From: an uncultured Eubacteriales bacterium | GTDB lineage: Bacteria > Bacillota > Clostridia > Oscillospirales > JAKOTC01 | Direction: 5' to 3' | NCBI GenBank assembly: GCA_964587625.1 | Contig: CAZPLU010000005.1 | Span: forward strand, 10,091 to 74,090 | Length of the DNA stretch: 64,000 nucleotides | Part shown: piece after piece, positions 8,909 through 17,850 of the stretch | Position numbering within the stretch: the first letter of the stretch is position 1 | Layout: every line of letters begins with the position of its first letter | Made by a program: the position numbers and the translations under genes | The notes under the pieces: model-generated | Databases searched by the model: none | Seen by the model: the letters and a program-made list of their open reading frames with translations, nothing else | Told to the model about the DNA's origin: nothing

Positions 8909-11900
8909 ATGCAAGATTACAGCGCCAGAAGACGCAGCAGAAACGGCGGCAAACCGTTGCCGGAACGAAAGGGTCAACCCCGATCCGTTGAAAAAGAAGA
9001 AAAAAAGTCAGCGGACCTTTTTTCCGTCTCCGACGGGTCGGTCAAGACCGCAGAAAAAAGCGCCCCCGAAAAACCCGTACCGGTTCTTCAGCCGTCCCCA
9101 AAAGAGTCAAAACCAAAAGGACCAAAGGAACCCAAAAGACCCGGCGGCCGACTCGGATTAAAGATCACGGCGCTGGCTTTGGCGGCGGTGATACTCGCGG
9201 GCAGTGTTTTGACCTATGTGAAATGGTATGACATTCTCGACCTCACGGACAGCTGGAAACAGGAAGAGGTGACGGTCTTGCCGCTCTCTCAAACCGATCC
9301 GGAATATCTGTACTCGCGTTATACATACCAACCGCTGCATTACGCCTCGGCCTCCGGCGCTTTTATCGACAAGACACTCGCGCTGGAAGCCCTGCCCGGT
9401 GTGGATTTTTATACCGCGCCCGACATGTCCTTTGAAGACGTCAAAAAAGAAATTGACGCGTTGATCGCGTTTGCCTCCTCGATGAGAGCGAACGAATTGA
9501 TTGTGCCGCTGCAGTGTTCGGAAGGCGCTTTCGTCGGCATCGGCGGTTTCGACGCGCTGTATAACGGGCAGCTGGCGGCCTATTTCGTCTCTGCGGTCAA
9601 TGAGGCCGGAATCAGGATTTCATTTTCATATTCACCGTTTTCATGGGTAAAAGGCGGCAGTCCGGTTCTGCTTGATCCGACCAAACCCGCCGACCGCTCC
9701 CTGATCCGTGCCGCTGCGGCGCAGATCGCCGCGTTAGGCGCCGGGAGCTATGTCCTGACCGGCTGCGCATATGCCGAGGGTCAGGGCAGTTATGCCGATT
9801 ATGCCGCCTCGAATATCGCAAGCGGTTTCGAGGTCTATAAACGCAACGCCTTGTCCGACTGCCTGTTTGAAATCGCCGAAGCCCTGCGCGCCGGCGACAG
9901 CGCCTCCGTCGGCGTCCGCGTCAATCCGGCGTGGCAGCTCTCCTCCAACTGCGCCGAGGGCATTGACATCACCTGCGACTACGAGAGTTATACAGACGGT
10001 TATGCGGACACCAAGGCCTGGCTCTCGAACGGCATATTCGATTATTTCCAGGTGGAGAACTACGGCTCGCTGACCGATAAAGAACAGCCGTTTGACGAGG
10101 TGTTTGAATGGTGGAACCAAGCGGCCGGAGCCGGAATCCCCCTCATGGTTGTCCACGCGGGTCAAAAGATCGCTTCAAGTGAGACCGGATGGTCTTTATA
10201 TGACCAGATTCCCAAACAGATCCTCGAAGTGCAAAAACTCGACGCCTATGGCGGCAGCGTCATCAGCGGCATCTCAAAACTGGTGAAATACTCGGAAATC
10301 CCCGCCGTTATCTCCAGTTCTTTCAGCGGCGAAATCGACGGCGACGACATCCTGAGACGACTCGCCATCACCTCTCCGAAAAAAAGAGACACCACCACTT
10401 ACGAGTCCAAGTTTACGCTGTCGGGCAGCTCCGATCCCAACTTCAGCGTCATATTGAACGGCGAAGCGATCGAACGCACTTCAAAGGGTTATTTTTCGTT
10501 CAACTTTGACCTCGAAGTCGGCATCAATCAATTTGTCCTTGAGCATAAGGGTACAAAAGTCACCTATACCGTCGAGCGCAAGATCCTCGTCGTCAAGACG
10601 GTCGATCCGACCAAATCGATCACCATTTATGCCGGAACGCCGATTGTGTTCAGCGCCATTGCGCTCAAAGGCAGCACCGTCTACGCCGAGGTCGACGGTA
10701 AAAAAGTGCCGATGCACGAAGATGCGATTTTGCTGGAGGAATCCAGTGAGGCCTTCGGCGATTACATCAACTACACGGGTATTTACACCGTGCCCGAAAA
10801 TTCCAAGTCCCGCACGATCAGCGGCATCAAGATCACGGGTACCTGGGATGGGTATACCACCACCAAAAACTGCGCCGACGTCAAGGTCAAAGAGATCGAC
10901 AAAGATACCGTCAGAGTTGCGAAAGTCGTCTCCGAAACCGGCGCTGAGGTGTTCCGCTACGGCACCGTCGACGATAAATCCGTGCCGACCGCCTATCCGC
11001 TGCCCCAAGGCACGCGCGATTTCATCATCGGCGAAGTCACCCTGCCCTTCAGCGAAGACGGCGCGAGCCATGTCTATGTCTATTACCTGCTGCAGTCGGG
11101 CAAACGCGTTTACAAGAGCAAGGATGGCGTCGCCTCCGCCGATGTGATGATTGAGGCCGGTTCCACCGTGCCGTTCGCAACGATCAGCAACCCCGGGTTC
11201 GAGGTCACCGGCGATTATACCAAGCTGTATTTGGATATGAGCAGCAAGGTGCCGTTCTCGGTCGAACTGCTCCCCCAGAACTATGTCGACGCCACCAGCA
11301 CCACGCCCAACTTCACCATCGGCGACTTTACCGCCGACAAAGTCAAAATCACCTTCAATTACGTCACCGACGCCTCGGCTCTGACCACTCTTTCCGCCAG
11401 TCCCCTGTTCAGCGCGGTCAGCGGTTGGGAAAAAGACGGCAGCAACTACAGCGTCACGTTGACGATGGCTAAGTCGTTTTACGGCATGTACGGCGAATAC
11501 GAGGGCGATACGCTCGTGTTCTCGTTCAACAACCCGCCCGTGATCTCGGCCGCATCCAACAATTATGGGTATTCGTTGCAGGGTCTTACCATCCTCCTCG
11601 ATCCCGGCCACGGCGGCTCCTCTCCGGGCGCGGTCGGCGCAAACCCGAATTACCCCGAAAAACGCATCAACCTTGAATTGTCCGGCAAAATCGCGGACAT
11701 TCTCGAGGGCTTGGGCGCCAGAGTCATTATGATGCGTACAAGCGACGTCTATATCTCCATCGAGAATCGCACCATCCAGTGCGGAAAACTGCGGCCCGAC
11801 ATCTACATCAGCGTTCACCACAACTGGGGCGCTTCTGTCAACGCAATCGGCACGGACGCCTTCTACTTCATGCCGTTCTCCAAGGATCTTGCCAATTCGA

Positions 11901-12313
11901 TTTACAAACGCATGATCAGTTACTACGACAGCAATATGTATCCGGGCGCAAATTCAAACGCCTATAAGCGCGGCTGCAACTACTACCCGTTCTACGTCAC
12001 CAGGCACTGGTATTGCCCCTCCACGCTGGTCGAATACGGATTTATGAGCAACTCGGCGGAATTGCAGAAGATGATCGATCCCAATACGCAGGACGGATTC
12101 GCCCGCGCCACGGTCAGGGGTATCATCGATTATTTCGTCAACTACGGCATTGTGGCCCCGGGCGGAACCCAAATCCCCGATGAACCCTCGCAACCCTCGG
12201 CGCCGAGCGAACCCGAGATCCCGTCCGAATCGAACCCGGAGGTCTCCTCCGATGTGAGCTCGGAAGCAGAGTCATCCGAAGTGATTTCGGAAAGTCCCGC
12301 GGCTTTTCAATAG
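8909..12313 (+). CDS. Large membrane-anchored cell-wall protein with a C-terminal N-acetylmuramoyl-L-alanine amidase (Amidase_3) domain
   Basis: Lys/Pro-rich basic N-terminus, one TM segment (LKITALALAAVILAGSVLTY), about 800 aa of unassigned extracellular sequence, then the Amidase_3 motifs ILLDPGHGG, ISVHHN and LVEYGFMSN, and a Ser/Glu/Pro tail. GGGAGG lies 9 nt upstream of the ATG. Confidence 0.75.
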   Translation: MQDYSARRRSRNGGKPLPERKGQPRSVEKEEKKSADLFSVSDGSVKTAEKSAPEKPVPVLQPSPKESKPKGPKEPKRPGGRLGLKITALALAAVILAGSVLTYVKWYDILDLTDSWKQEEVTVLPLSQTDPEYLYSRYTYQPLHYASASGAFIDKTLALEALPGVDFYTAPDMSFEDVKKEIDALIAFASSMRANELIVPLQCSEGAFVGIGGFDALYNGQLAAYFVSAVNEAGIRISFSYSPFSWVKGGSPVLLDPTKPADRSLIRAAAAQIAALGAGSYVLTGCAYAEGQGSYADYAASNIASGFEVYKRNALSDCLFEIAEALRAGDSASVGVRVNPAWQLSSNCAEGIDITCDYESYTDGYADTKAWLSNGIFDYFQVENYGSLTDKEQPFDEVFEWWNQAAGAGIPLMVVHAGQKIASSETGWSLYDQIPKQILEVQKLDAYGGSVISGISKLVKYSEIPAVISSSFSGEIDGDDILRRLAITSPKKRDTTTYESKFTLSGSSDPNFSVILNGEAIERTSKGYFSFNFDLEVGINQFVLEHKGTKVTYTVERKILVVKTVDPTKSITIYAGTPIVFSAIALKGSTVYAEVDGKKVPMHEDAILLEESSEAFGDYINYTGIYTVPENSKSRTISGIKITGTWDGYTTTKNCADVKVKEIDKDTVRVAKVVSETGAEVFRYGTVDDKSVPTAYPLPQGTRDFIIGEVTLPFSEDGASHVYVYYLLQSGKRVYKSKDGVASADVMIEAGSTVPFATISNPGFEVTGDYTKLYLDMSSKVPFSVELLPQNYVDATSTTPNFTIGDFTADKVKITFNYVTDASALTTLSASPLFSAVSGWEKDGSNYSVTLTMAKSFYGMYGEYEGDTLVFSFNNPPVISAASNNYGYSLQGLTILLDPGHGGSSPGAVGANPNYPEKRINLELSGKIADILEGLGARVIMMRTSDVYISIENRTIQCGKLRPDIYISVHHNWGASVNAIGTDAFYFMPFSKDLANSIYKRMISYYDSNMYPGANSNAYKRGCNYYPFYVTRHWYCPSTLVEYGFMSNSAELQKMIDPNTQDGFARATVRGIIDYFVNYGIVAPGGTQIPDEPSQPSAPSEPEIPSESNPEVSSDVSSEAESSEVISESPAAFQ

Positions 12314-12371
12314 GGGATTGCAACATAAGCCCCATATGAAAAACACCAATTGTTAAAAACGACTGCTCTAC

Positions 12372-12411
12372 AAAAAACTCGCCCATCTTTTCAGATGAAC
12401 GAGTTTTTTTC
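12372..12411 (+). terminator. Probable intrinsic terminator after the amidase gene
   Basis: ACTCGCCCATC-TTTTCA-GATGAACGAGT imperfect stem followed by TTTTTTT. Confidence 0.5.
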
Positions 12412-12519
12412 TTGGGATTGTTTTGTTACAGTCGCTGGTATTGGATGTGTCCTTTTCTTTTCAGATCACATATGATAGATTGGTGAGGCCCACCAAATTT
12501 TTGGGGAGAGACACTATAT

Positions 12520-12729
12520 ATGGCTTGTTGTAATGATAACCGTCGCCCGGTTTGCTGCGGGAACACACCGATTTTTAATAATCGGTTCTGTATCTGCTGC
12601 GGCGGAACACCCATCTATGATGATTTCAGATGCGGGAGAGAGTCCGGCATGTGCGACAACAGACGCGATGTCTGTCGAAATGCAATTTCTCCGATCTTTA
12701 ACGGCTGGCGTTGTCCGCTGCCACGGTAA
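12520..12729 (+). CDS. Small cysteine-rich repeat protein (69 aa, 11 Cys), function unknown
   Basis: ATG preceded by GGGGAGAG about 10 nt upstream, and flanked by terminators on both sides. Three repeats: TPIFNNRFC, TPIYDDFRC and SPIFNGWRC. CC doublets at residues 3-4, 12-13 and 26-27. No signal peptide or TM segment. Confidence 0.5.
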   Translation: MACCNDNRRPVCCGNTPIFNNRFCICCGGTPIYDDFRCGRESGMCDNRRDVCRNAISPIFNGWRCPLPR

Positions 12730-12768
12730 TACTGATTTTAATTTCACAAATAAATACCAGTATAATCG

Positions 12769-12802
12769 AAAACCCCCGGGGCAAAGCCCCGGGGGTTTAT
12801 TT
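12769..12802. terminator. Bidirectional intrinsic terminator shared by the Cys-rich ORF (+) and the MutS-like operon (-)
   Basis: Perfect 10-bp GC stem CCCCCGGGGC-AAA-GCCCCGGGGG, flanked by AAAA upstream and TTTATTT downstream. Confidence 0.85.
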
Positions 12803-12815
12803 GTTCACTTTTTGT

Positions 12816-14486
12816 TCACTTATTGTTCACGTCGACGCGGTCAAGCTTCAATCCGAAGCGCTCGACAACGTCATAGGCGTGCGAAGTGCCTTCCGGCGCT
12901 TGTTCGATCAGGTGATAGGTCGGGACATTGTATTGGTTGCTCTCGTGGCGTTTGATTTGAACAACCAAGGATTTGAGCGGAGCCCCGGAGAGCAGCGAGT
13001 TGAGCCGGTAGATATCCTTGGCGAGTTTGTGCAAGTGGGTGACCCAGATGCCGCGTGCGCCGAGCAATTTGATGGTGCTCGTGATCTCGCGGGAAATGAT
13101 CAGGGTCTCGGCGGTGCCGGTTCCGGTCAGCGGCTCGTTGAACAACACCATTGAATTGCTGGAAATGTGGTTCATCATGTTGCCGACACGGGCGATTTCC
13201 TGGTCAAATTTGCCCTTCTTTGTGGTGGAGACCTCTTCTTTGAGCGCAAAGACCGTGAAGATGTTGTCGACAAGACCCATTTTGGCCTTTTTTGCGCCGA
13301 CCGGCATACCGAGTTGGAACATCAGCTGACCGACGCCGACCGAACGCAGGAAAGTCGTCTTTCCGCCCTGGTTGGCACCCGTGAGCAGTGCGAACTGCCC
13401 TTCGGGAACGAAGTCGATATCGTTGGGAATGACCGGACGGCTGCCTTTGAGCACCAACAGCAACAGCGGCAAATAGAGTTCCGAGGCGAAATACCTCTTG
13501 TCGTCACAGATCTCGGGGAAGCAATACGCGCCGCCGAGCGCCTCGATCTTGCTGAGATAGTTGAAGACGCCGATATAGAATGTCAGGGATTGCTTGAGGT
13601 TTAAAATCCATCTGGTGACCTGCTTGAGATAGTCGCGTACACGCAGACCGGCCTCGCCGACGCAAGAGCCGAGCGCCCCGCGCACAAAGTTGGACATCCT
13701 CACACCCTCACTGGCGTGGGTCGCGCTCTGAGAGCTGGCGGTCTGCTTTGTCATATCGCCCATGTTAAAGCCGGAGCGGTTGGCAAGGTCATCTTTGAGT
13801 CGATAGGAATCGGTCAGACCGCGCTTGAACGGCTCTTTGTTTTTCGGTTCGCGTTCACGCGGTTCGATGTAGGAATAATCGTTGACAGAGAGCAGTTTGA
13901 CATGGGAAATTTCGAAGCTCTCATTGAAGTTGAAACCGAGCGTAATGCTCTTGGGGTCGTCGAGATTCGGCAGACGTTCTTTCCAGGTCTCGATGATCTT
14001 TTTATAACCCTCGCTCTCGTAGGCCTCTTTGACATATCCGAAAAACTGCTTCAGGCCGTATCCGAGATCGTCCTCATCCTGATACTTGCCGAGGGTGGTG
14101 TAGAGTTTTTCTAAAATGCTGAAATAGGTCTCCGCAAACGCGTATTTGTTCATCGCAAAGAACGCCTCGAGATCGCTGGTGGAATCGTCCATGTTCGGGA
14201 TGGAGAAGAAGTCCTGCCAGTCGTTGATCGATTTCAGCAGGTCTTTGAACAGATCCAGCAGATCGGGGTGGCGCTGTAAACTCTTGATGATGTTTTGGCG
14301 CTCACAAACCACTTCTTTATCAAGCGCGAACAGGTTGCAAAGCTGCAGCGCGTTGATCTTGCTGTCCATGCCGTCGAACATGGCTTCAACCAAAAAGTCA
14401 AGGTCGAGGTTTTCGATAAACAGTTCGTCAAAGCTCGGTACGCGGTTAACAACAGGATCTTCCGTCATCCAAAGTAAATCAAACAT
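12816..14486 (-). CDS. MutS-related ABC ATPase, paralogue B (core/clamp plus ATPase domains only)
   Basis: Walker A LLTGANQGGKTTFLRSVG, Walker-B-like MVLFNEPLTGTG, H-loop WVTHLHKL, and MutS-like C-terminal YHLIEQAPEGTSHAYDVVERFGL. No domain I mismatch-binding motif and no Smr or nuclease domain. RBS AAAGGGGG. Confidence 0.8.
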   Translation of the reverse strand: MFDLLWMTEDPVVNRVPSFDELFIENLDLDFLVEAMFDGMDSKINALQLCNLFALDKEVVCERQNIIKSLQRHPDLLDLFKDLLKSINDWQDFFSIPNMDDSTSDLEAFFAMNKYAFAETYFSILEKLYTTLGKYQDEDDLGYGLKQFFGYVKEAYESEGYKKIIETWKERLPNLDDPKSITLGFNFNESFEISHVKLLSVNDYSYIEPREREPKNKEPFKRGLTDSYRLKDDLANRSGFNMGDMTKQTASSQSATHASEGVRMSNFVRGALGSCVGEAGLRVRDYLKQVTRWILNLKQSLTFYIGVFNYLSKIEALGGAYCFPEICDDKRYFASELYLPLLLLVLKGSRPVIPNDIDFVPEGQFALLTGANQGGKTTFLRSVGVGQLMFQLGMPVGAKKAKMGLVDNIFTVFALKEEVSTTKKGKFDQEIARVGNMMNHISSNSMVLFNEPLTGTGTAETLIISREITSTIKLLGARGIWVTHLHKLAKDIYRLNSLLSGAPLKSLVVQIKRHESNQYNVPTYHLIEQAPEGTSHAYDVVERFGLKLDRVDVNNK

Positions 14487-14501
14487 CTTGTTGTGCCCCC
14501 T

Positions 14502-16163
14502 TTAATTCATATCGGAGTCGCCGTCTTCATGCAGTTGCATGATGGTCGGCTTATCGATTTCGAGTTGAATCTCTCTCTCGTCGAATCGGTGCATGATCTG
14601 ACGCAGAGTGATGCCGTGGGATGCCGCGACTTCAAGCGCATAGCTCTTCTTTTGCGGGGCACCCGTTTTGATCTTGTAGGTACGGATGGCGATATCGCTT
14701 TCGGGATTGGGTTTGGTCAGGGTGATCAAGCTGCCGGTCTTTCCGGGATGCGCTTTTTCAATGGCCGGCAGAAAATCGTACAACTCGTAGAAGTGCGTCG
14801 CCACGATGCCCGAAACTTCGCTGTCAAGCAGTGTTTTGATCAAGTCGGCGCAGATCTGGGAGCCCTCCATCGGGCTTGTGGACGTCAGCGGCTCGTTCAT
14901 GATGACGATCGAGTTCGTCGTGACATTCGGGAGCATCTCGGTGATCTGACGGACTTCTTCACCCATCCGCGAGTCCTCATAGTTGTCGGTCTCGCCGCCC
15001 GAGAAGATCGTGAATATCGATTGCACCGGTGAGATCTTGACCTCTTCGGCGGGCAGGTAGAAGCCCAGCTGGAACAGCCAGATCAACTGGCCGGTGGCGG
15101 TCATATAGGTGCTCTTGCCGGAGCTGTTTGCGCCGGTCAGCAAGTAGAACTTGCCTTCGACCGGGAAAGTGATTTCGTTTTTGATCGTTTCGTTGTCGGG
15201 GTCAAGCGCCAGCAGTATCGGGTACATCTCAGTGGCTTGGAGCAGGAACTTTTCGGAGTCGACAACCGTCGGCTGACACATCGAGAAACCCTGATCGCGC
15301 AGGCGGCGGATCAGATTGAGCGCGCCGGCATAGAAAGAAAAGGCCTCGTCGACGTTCTGGAATTCTTGCAGACCCTGCGGTTTGTATTTGTTGCAGATGG
15401 CTCTGATTTCCTTGACCGATCCTTTATAGTGTTCGTGAATCATATTCAACGCTTCGTTCTGGAAAAGACCGAGGTTGGAGATGTTGGGCATCGCTTTCAG
15501 GTTTGAAACGCCCTTGATCTCTTCTTCTTTCCAATAGACGAAAATCGAGCTCTTGTCATACGGCTCGTGGGAGAACTCATCGACCGTCATCGATTGGAGA
15601 ATCTGTCCGTTTTTCAGGTTCGCGCCGAGGGCGAAACCGCGGATATCGAGCCAGGAGGTGTCAACCTTTGAAAAATCATGGAGCATCTTGTCGATTTCGT
15701 CGTTGTCATAATAGTCGTTGACCATCTTCTTGAGCACTTCGATGGCCTCGGATTTGGTCTTGACCTCGGGATCCGCGAACGCCTCGCGCAGTGCGTTCAT
15801 CAGATTGGCGTACAACGACAGGCGGCGATATTTCAGGCCGATCTGGCAGATGACGTTGTCACGGTATTCCATCTTGCGGGTGAATTCCTTCAAATAGGCC
15901 AGCGAGGACGGAATCAGGAAGAAGGCCTTTTCCAACTTCGGATTGGCGATGAGGTCGTCGATCATGCCGTTGCGGAATGCGATGATCTCGGCGTCGTTCG
16001 TCGTCAGGTCGTACAGCTGTTCGATCGACAGCGTGAATCCGGTGCCGAGGAACATATTTTCGACCAATGCCTCCAATCTGAGGTTTTGAATGTTCTTATC
16101 CCGTCTGACAACGTCAAATGCGATTTGTTCTTTATCCGCGGGATAGAGCAAGGGGTTTTTCAT
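14502..16163 (-). CDS. MutS-related ABC ATPase, paralogue A (core/clamp plus ATPase domains only)
   Basis: Walker A LLTGANSSGKSTYMTATG, Walker-B-like IVIMNEPLTSTS, H-loop VATHFYEL, and C-terminal YKIKTGAPQKKSYALEVAASHGIT as in MutS domain V. The start ATG overlaps the stop of the upstream M23 gene (ATGA). Confidence 0.8.
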   Translation of the reverse strand: MKNPLLYPADKEQIAFDVVRRDKNIQNLRLEALVENMFLGTGFTLSIEQLYDLTTNDAEIIAFRNGMIDDLIANPKLEKAFFLIPSSLAYLKEFTRKMEYRDNVICQIGLKYRRLSLYANLMNALREAFADPEVKTKSEAIEVLKKMVNDYYDNDEIDKMLHDFSKVDTSWLDIRGFALGANLKNGQILQSMTVDEFSHEPYDKSSIFVYWKEEEIKGVSNLKAMPNISNLGLFQNEALNMIHEHYKGSVKEIRAICNKYKPQGLQEFQNVDEAFSFYAGALNLIRRLRDQGFSMCQPTVVDSEKFLLQATEMYPILLALDPDNETIKNEITFPVEGKFYLLTGANSSGKSTYMTATGQLIWLFQLGFYLPAEEVKISPVQSIFTIFSGGETDNYEDSRMGEEVRQITEMLPNVTTNSIVIMNEPLTSTSPMEGSQICADLIKTLLDSEVSGIVATHFYELYDFLPAIEKAHPGKTGSLITLTKPNPESDIAIRTYKIKTGAPQKKSYALEVAASHGITLRQIMHRFDEREIQLEIDKPTIMQLHEDGDSDMN

Positions 16164-17197
16164 TGGTTGTTCATCCTTTCCAATTGTGTGTATATGTCAT
16201 CGGTACCGATCAGTACCGCAGGATCGATGTTGACGCCATTTACTTTGATGTTGAAATGCAGATGCGGACCGGTGGCGTATCCCGTGGAGCCGATTTCTCC
16301 GATTTTCTCACCTGTCGAAACCGTCTGCCACGTCTCGACGGATAACTCTGATAAATGATTATAGTAGCTGAATATGTTGAAACCGTGATCAATAATGACG
16401 GTATAGCCGTAAAATTTTAATTTTCCCGCATATGTAACGCGTCCCGCTCCGGCGGCAATGACCGGATCCCCCTCATCGGCCGCGATATCATATCCCGAGT
16501 GCGCCGAGCTGTATGTCCCGTTGGTGTAGCGGCGCATCCCGTATTGGGTGGAAATCCGACCCTCGGCGGGCATCACGAATCCGCCTGCAAATAACAATTT
16601 TTGCGTTGAAACGCCGGTCGCCTGTGCGATAATTTCCTTGTCATAATCAAGATTTTCGCTGCCGCCCGCCTCTGCCATCGACGAGCCGGACACCACCGTC
16701 AAGTCCTGTCTTTCAAAAGTCCTTTTGACGAACTTGATCGTCTTTTGCGCGATAACGGCGTATTCGCCGTTTTGAGATCGGAGAATCTGCACCTTGCCGG
16801 TCTTGCCGGTCGTGCTCGACAGCGGGACAAATCCGATGAAATGTCCGTCTTCTTTGAGCAGTTCGAAGACCTTGGAGGTCACTTCGCTGAACCGCGCCCA
16901 AAGCGCGTTATCCCCGCTGCCCTCCACCCGGACGATTAAAAATTCTCCGGGGCGGATCTCGTCGGAGGAGACCGTCAGCGCAACAGACGGCGTGCTTGGA
17001 GAGGGGGCGTTTTGCGAAGAGACGTTGACAGATGGCGCGCTCTGCGTTGGCGAAGATTTTGCTTGAGAACTCGACTCCGCGATCGAGGTCTGTGACGCCG
17101 GTAGAATATCGGTGACCGTTGAAGAGATTGTCCCCACTTCGGCACATCCGCAAAACAACAGCGCGCAACCCAAAACGGTAAGAGCCAGGCGTTTCAT
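16160..17197 (-). CDS. M23 family (LytM-type) peptidoglycan endopeptidase lipoprotein
   Basis: Lipobox [18 protein letters not shown]. Intact catalytic motifs HSGYD and [12 protein letters not shown]. Start chosen at the lipobox Met, which overlaps the mscL stop (ATGA). Confidence 0.85.
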   Translation of the reverse strand: MKRLALTVLGCALLFCGCAEVGTISSTVTDILPASQTSIAESSSQAKSSPTQSAPSVNVSSQNAPSPSTPSVALTVSSDEIRPGEFLIVRVEGSGDNALWARFSEVTSKVFELLKEDGHFIGFVPLSSTTGKTGKVQILRSQNGEYAVIAQKTIKFVKRTFERQDLTVVSGSSMAEAGGSENLDYDKEIIAQATGVSTQKLLFAGGFVMPAEGRISTQYGMRRYTNGTYSSAHSGYDIAADEGDPVIAAGAGRVTYAGKLKFYGYTVIIDHGFNIFSYYNHLSELSVETWQTVSTGEKIGEIGSTGYATGPHLHFNIKVNGVNIDPAVLIGTDDIYTQLERMNNQ

Positions 17198-17619
17198 TTT
17201 TTCAACTGTGTGCTCTGTTCTTTGAGCAGATCGCGAATCTCGGTGAGCAAAACTTCCTCTTTCGAAGGTTCGGGCGGAGGCGCCGGGGCTTTGGGTGCGG
17301 GCTTTTTGCGCATTGCGTTGACGGCTTTTACCACAAAGAACAGGCACAGCGCAATGATGAGAAATTCTGCGATTGTCTGAATGAACAGCCCGTAGTTCAA
17401 CGTTACCGCAGGCGTTTCACCCACCGCTTTGGCCAGCTCGAAGCTCATTTTCGAAAAATCCATGCCGCCCAAAAGGACTCCGAGCGGCGGCATAATGACA
17501 TCCGCCACAAACGAGGAGACGATTTTCCCGAAAGCGGCGCCGATGACGACGCCGATGGCCATGTCGAAGACATTTCCCTTGACCGCAAATTCTTTGAATT
17601 CGCCGAAAAATTTTTTCAT
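17194..17619 (-). CDS. mscL: Large-conductance mechanosensitive channel
   Basis: [47 protein letters not shown] is the canonical MscL N-terminus and TM1. Length 141 aa. Confidence 0.9.
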   Translation of the reverse strand: MKKFFGEFKEFAVKGNVFDMAIGVVIGAAFGKIVSSFVADVIMPPLGVLLGGMDFSKMSFELAKAVGETPAVTLNYGLFIQTIAEFLIIALCLFFVVKAVNAMRKKPAPKAPAPPPEPSKEEVLLTEIRDLLKEQSTQLKK

Positions 17620-17760
17620 ACACGGCCATCCTTCCGCAGATCGTATTTCGAAATATGTATTTTCAAACTTTCAGCCCTTCCCGGCGAGGTCGAAACCGCA
17701 TACGAATGCTTGGCATACACATATATGCGCACACTGTCAATCGCATACAAGCATAAAGTT

Positions 17761-17790
17761 ATTATATAATGTCTCACAGCGGCTTGTCAA
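17761..17790 (-). promoter_or_regulatory. Sigma-70-type promoter upstream of the mscL operon
   Basis: Minus strand TTGACA (17790-17785), then 16-18 nt, then TATATAAT (17768-17761). Confidence 0.45.
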
Positions 17791-17850
17791 CCACAAATAG
17801 GGCGAAATCGACAAAAATGTTTTCCATACGAGGTGAATTTTATCCGTTTT

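Noticed and set aside
10481-11821. 446-aa minus-strand ORF inside the amidase gene
   Set aside because: It is an antisense shadow frame with repetitive G/D/A/R composition. The plus-strand frame carries the recognisable amidase motifs.
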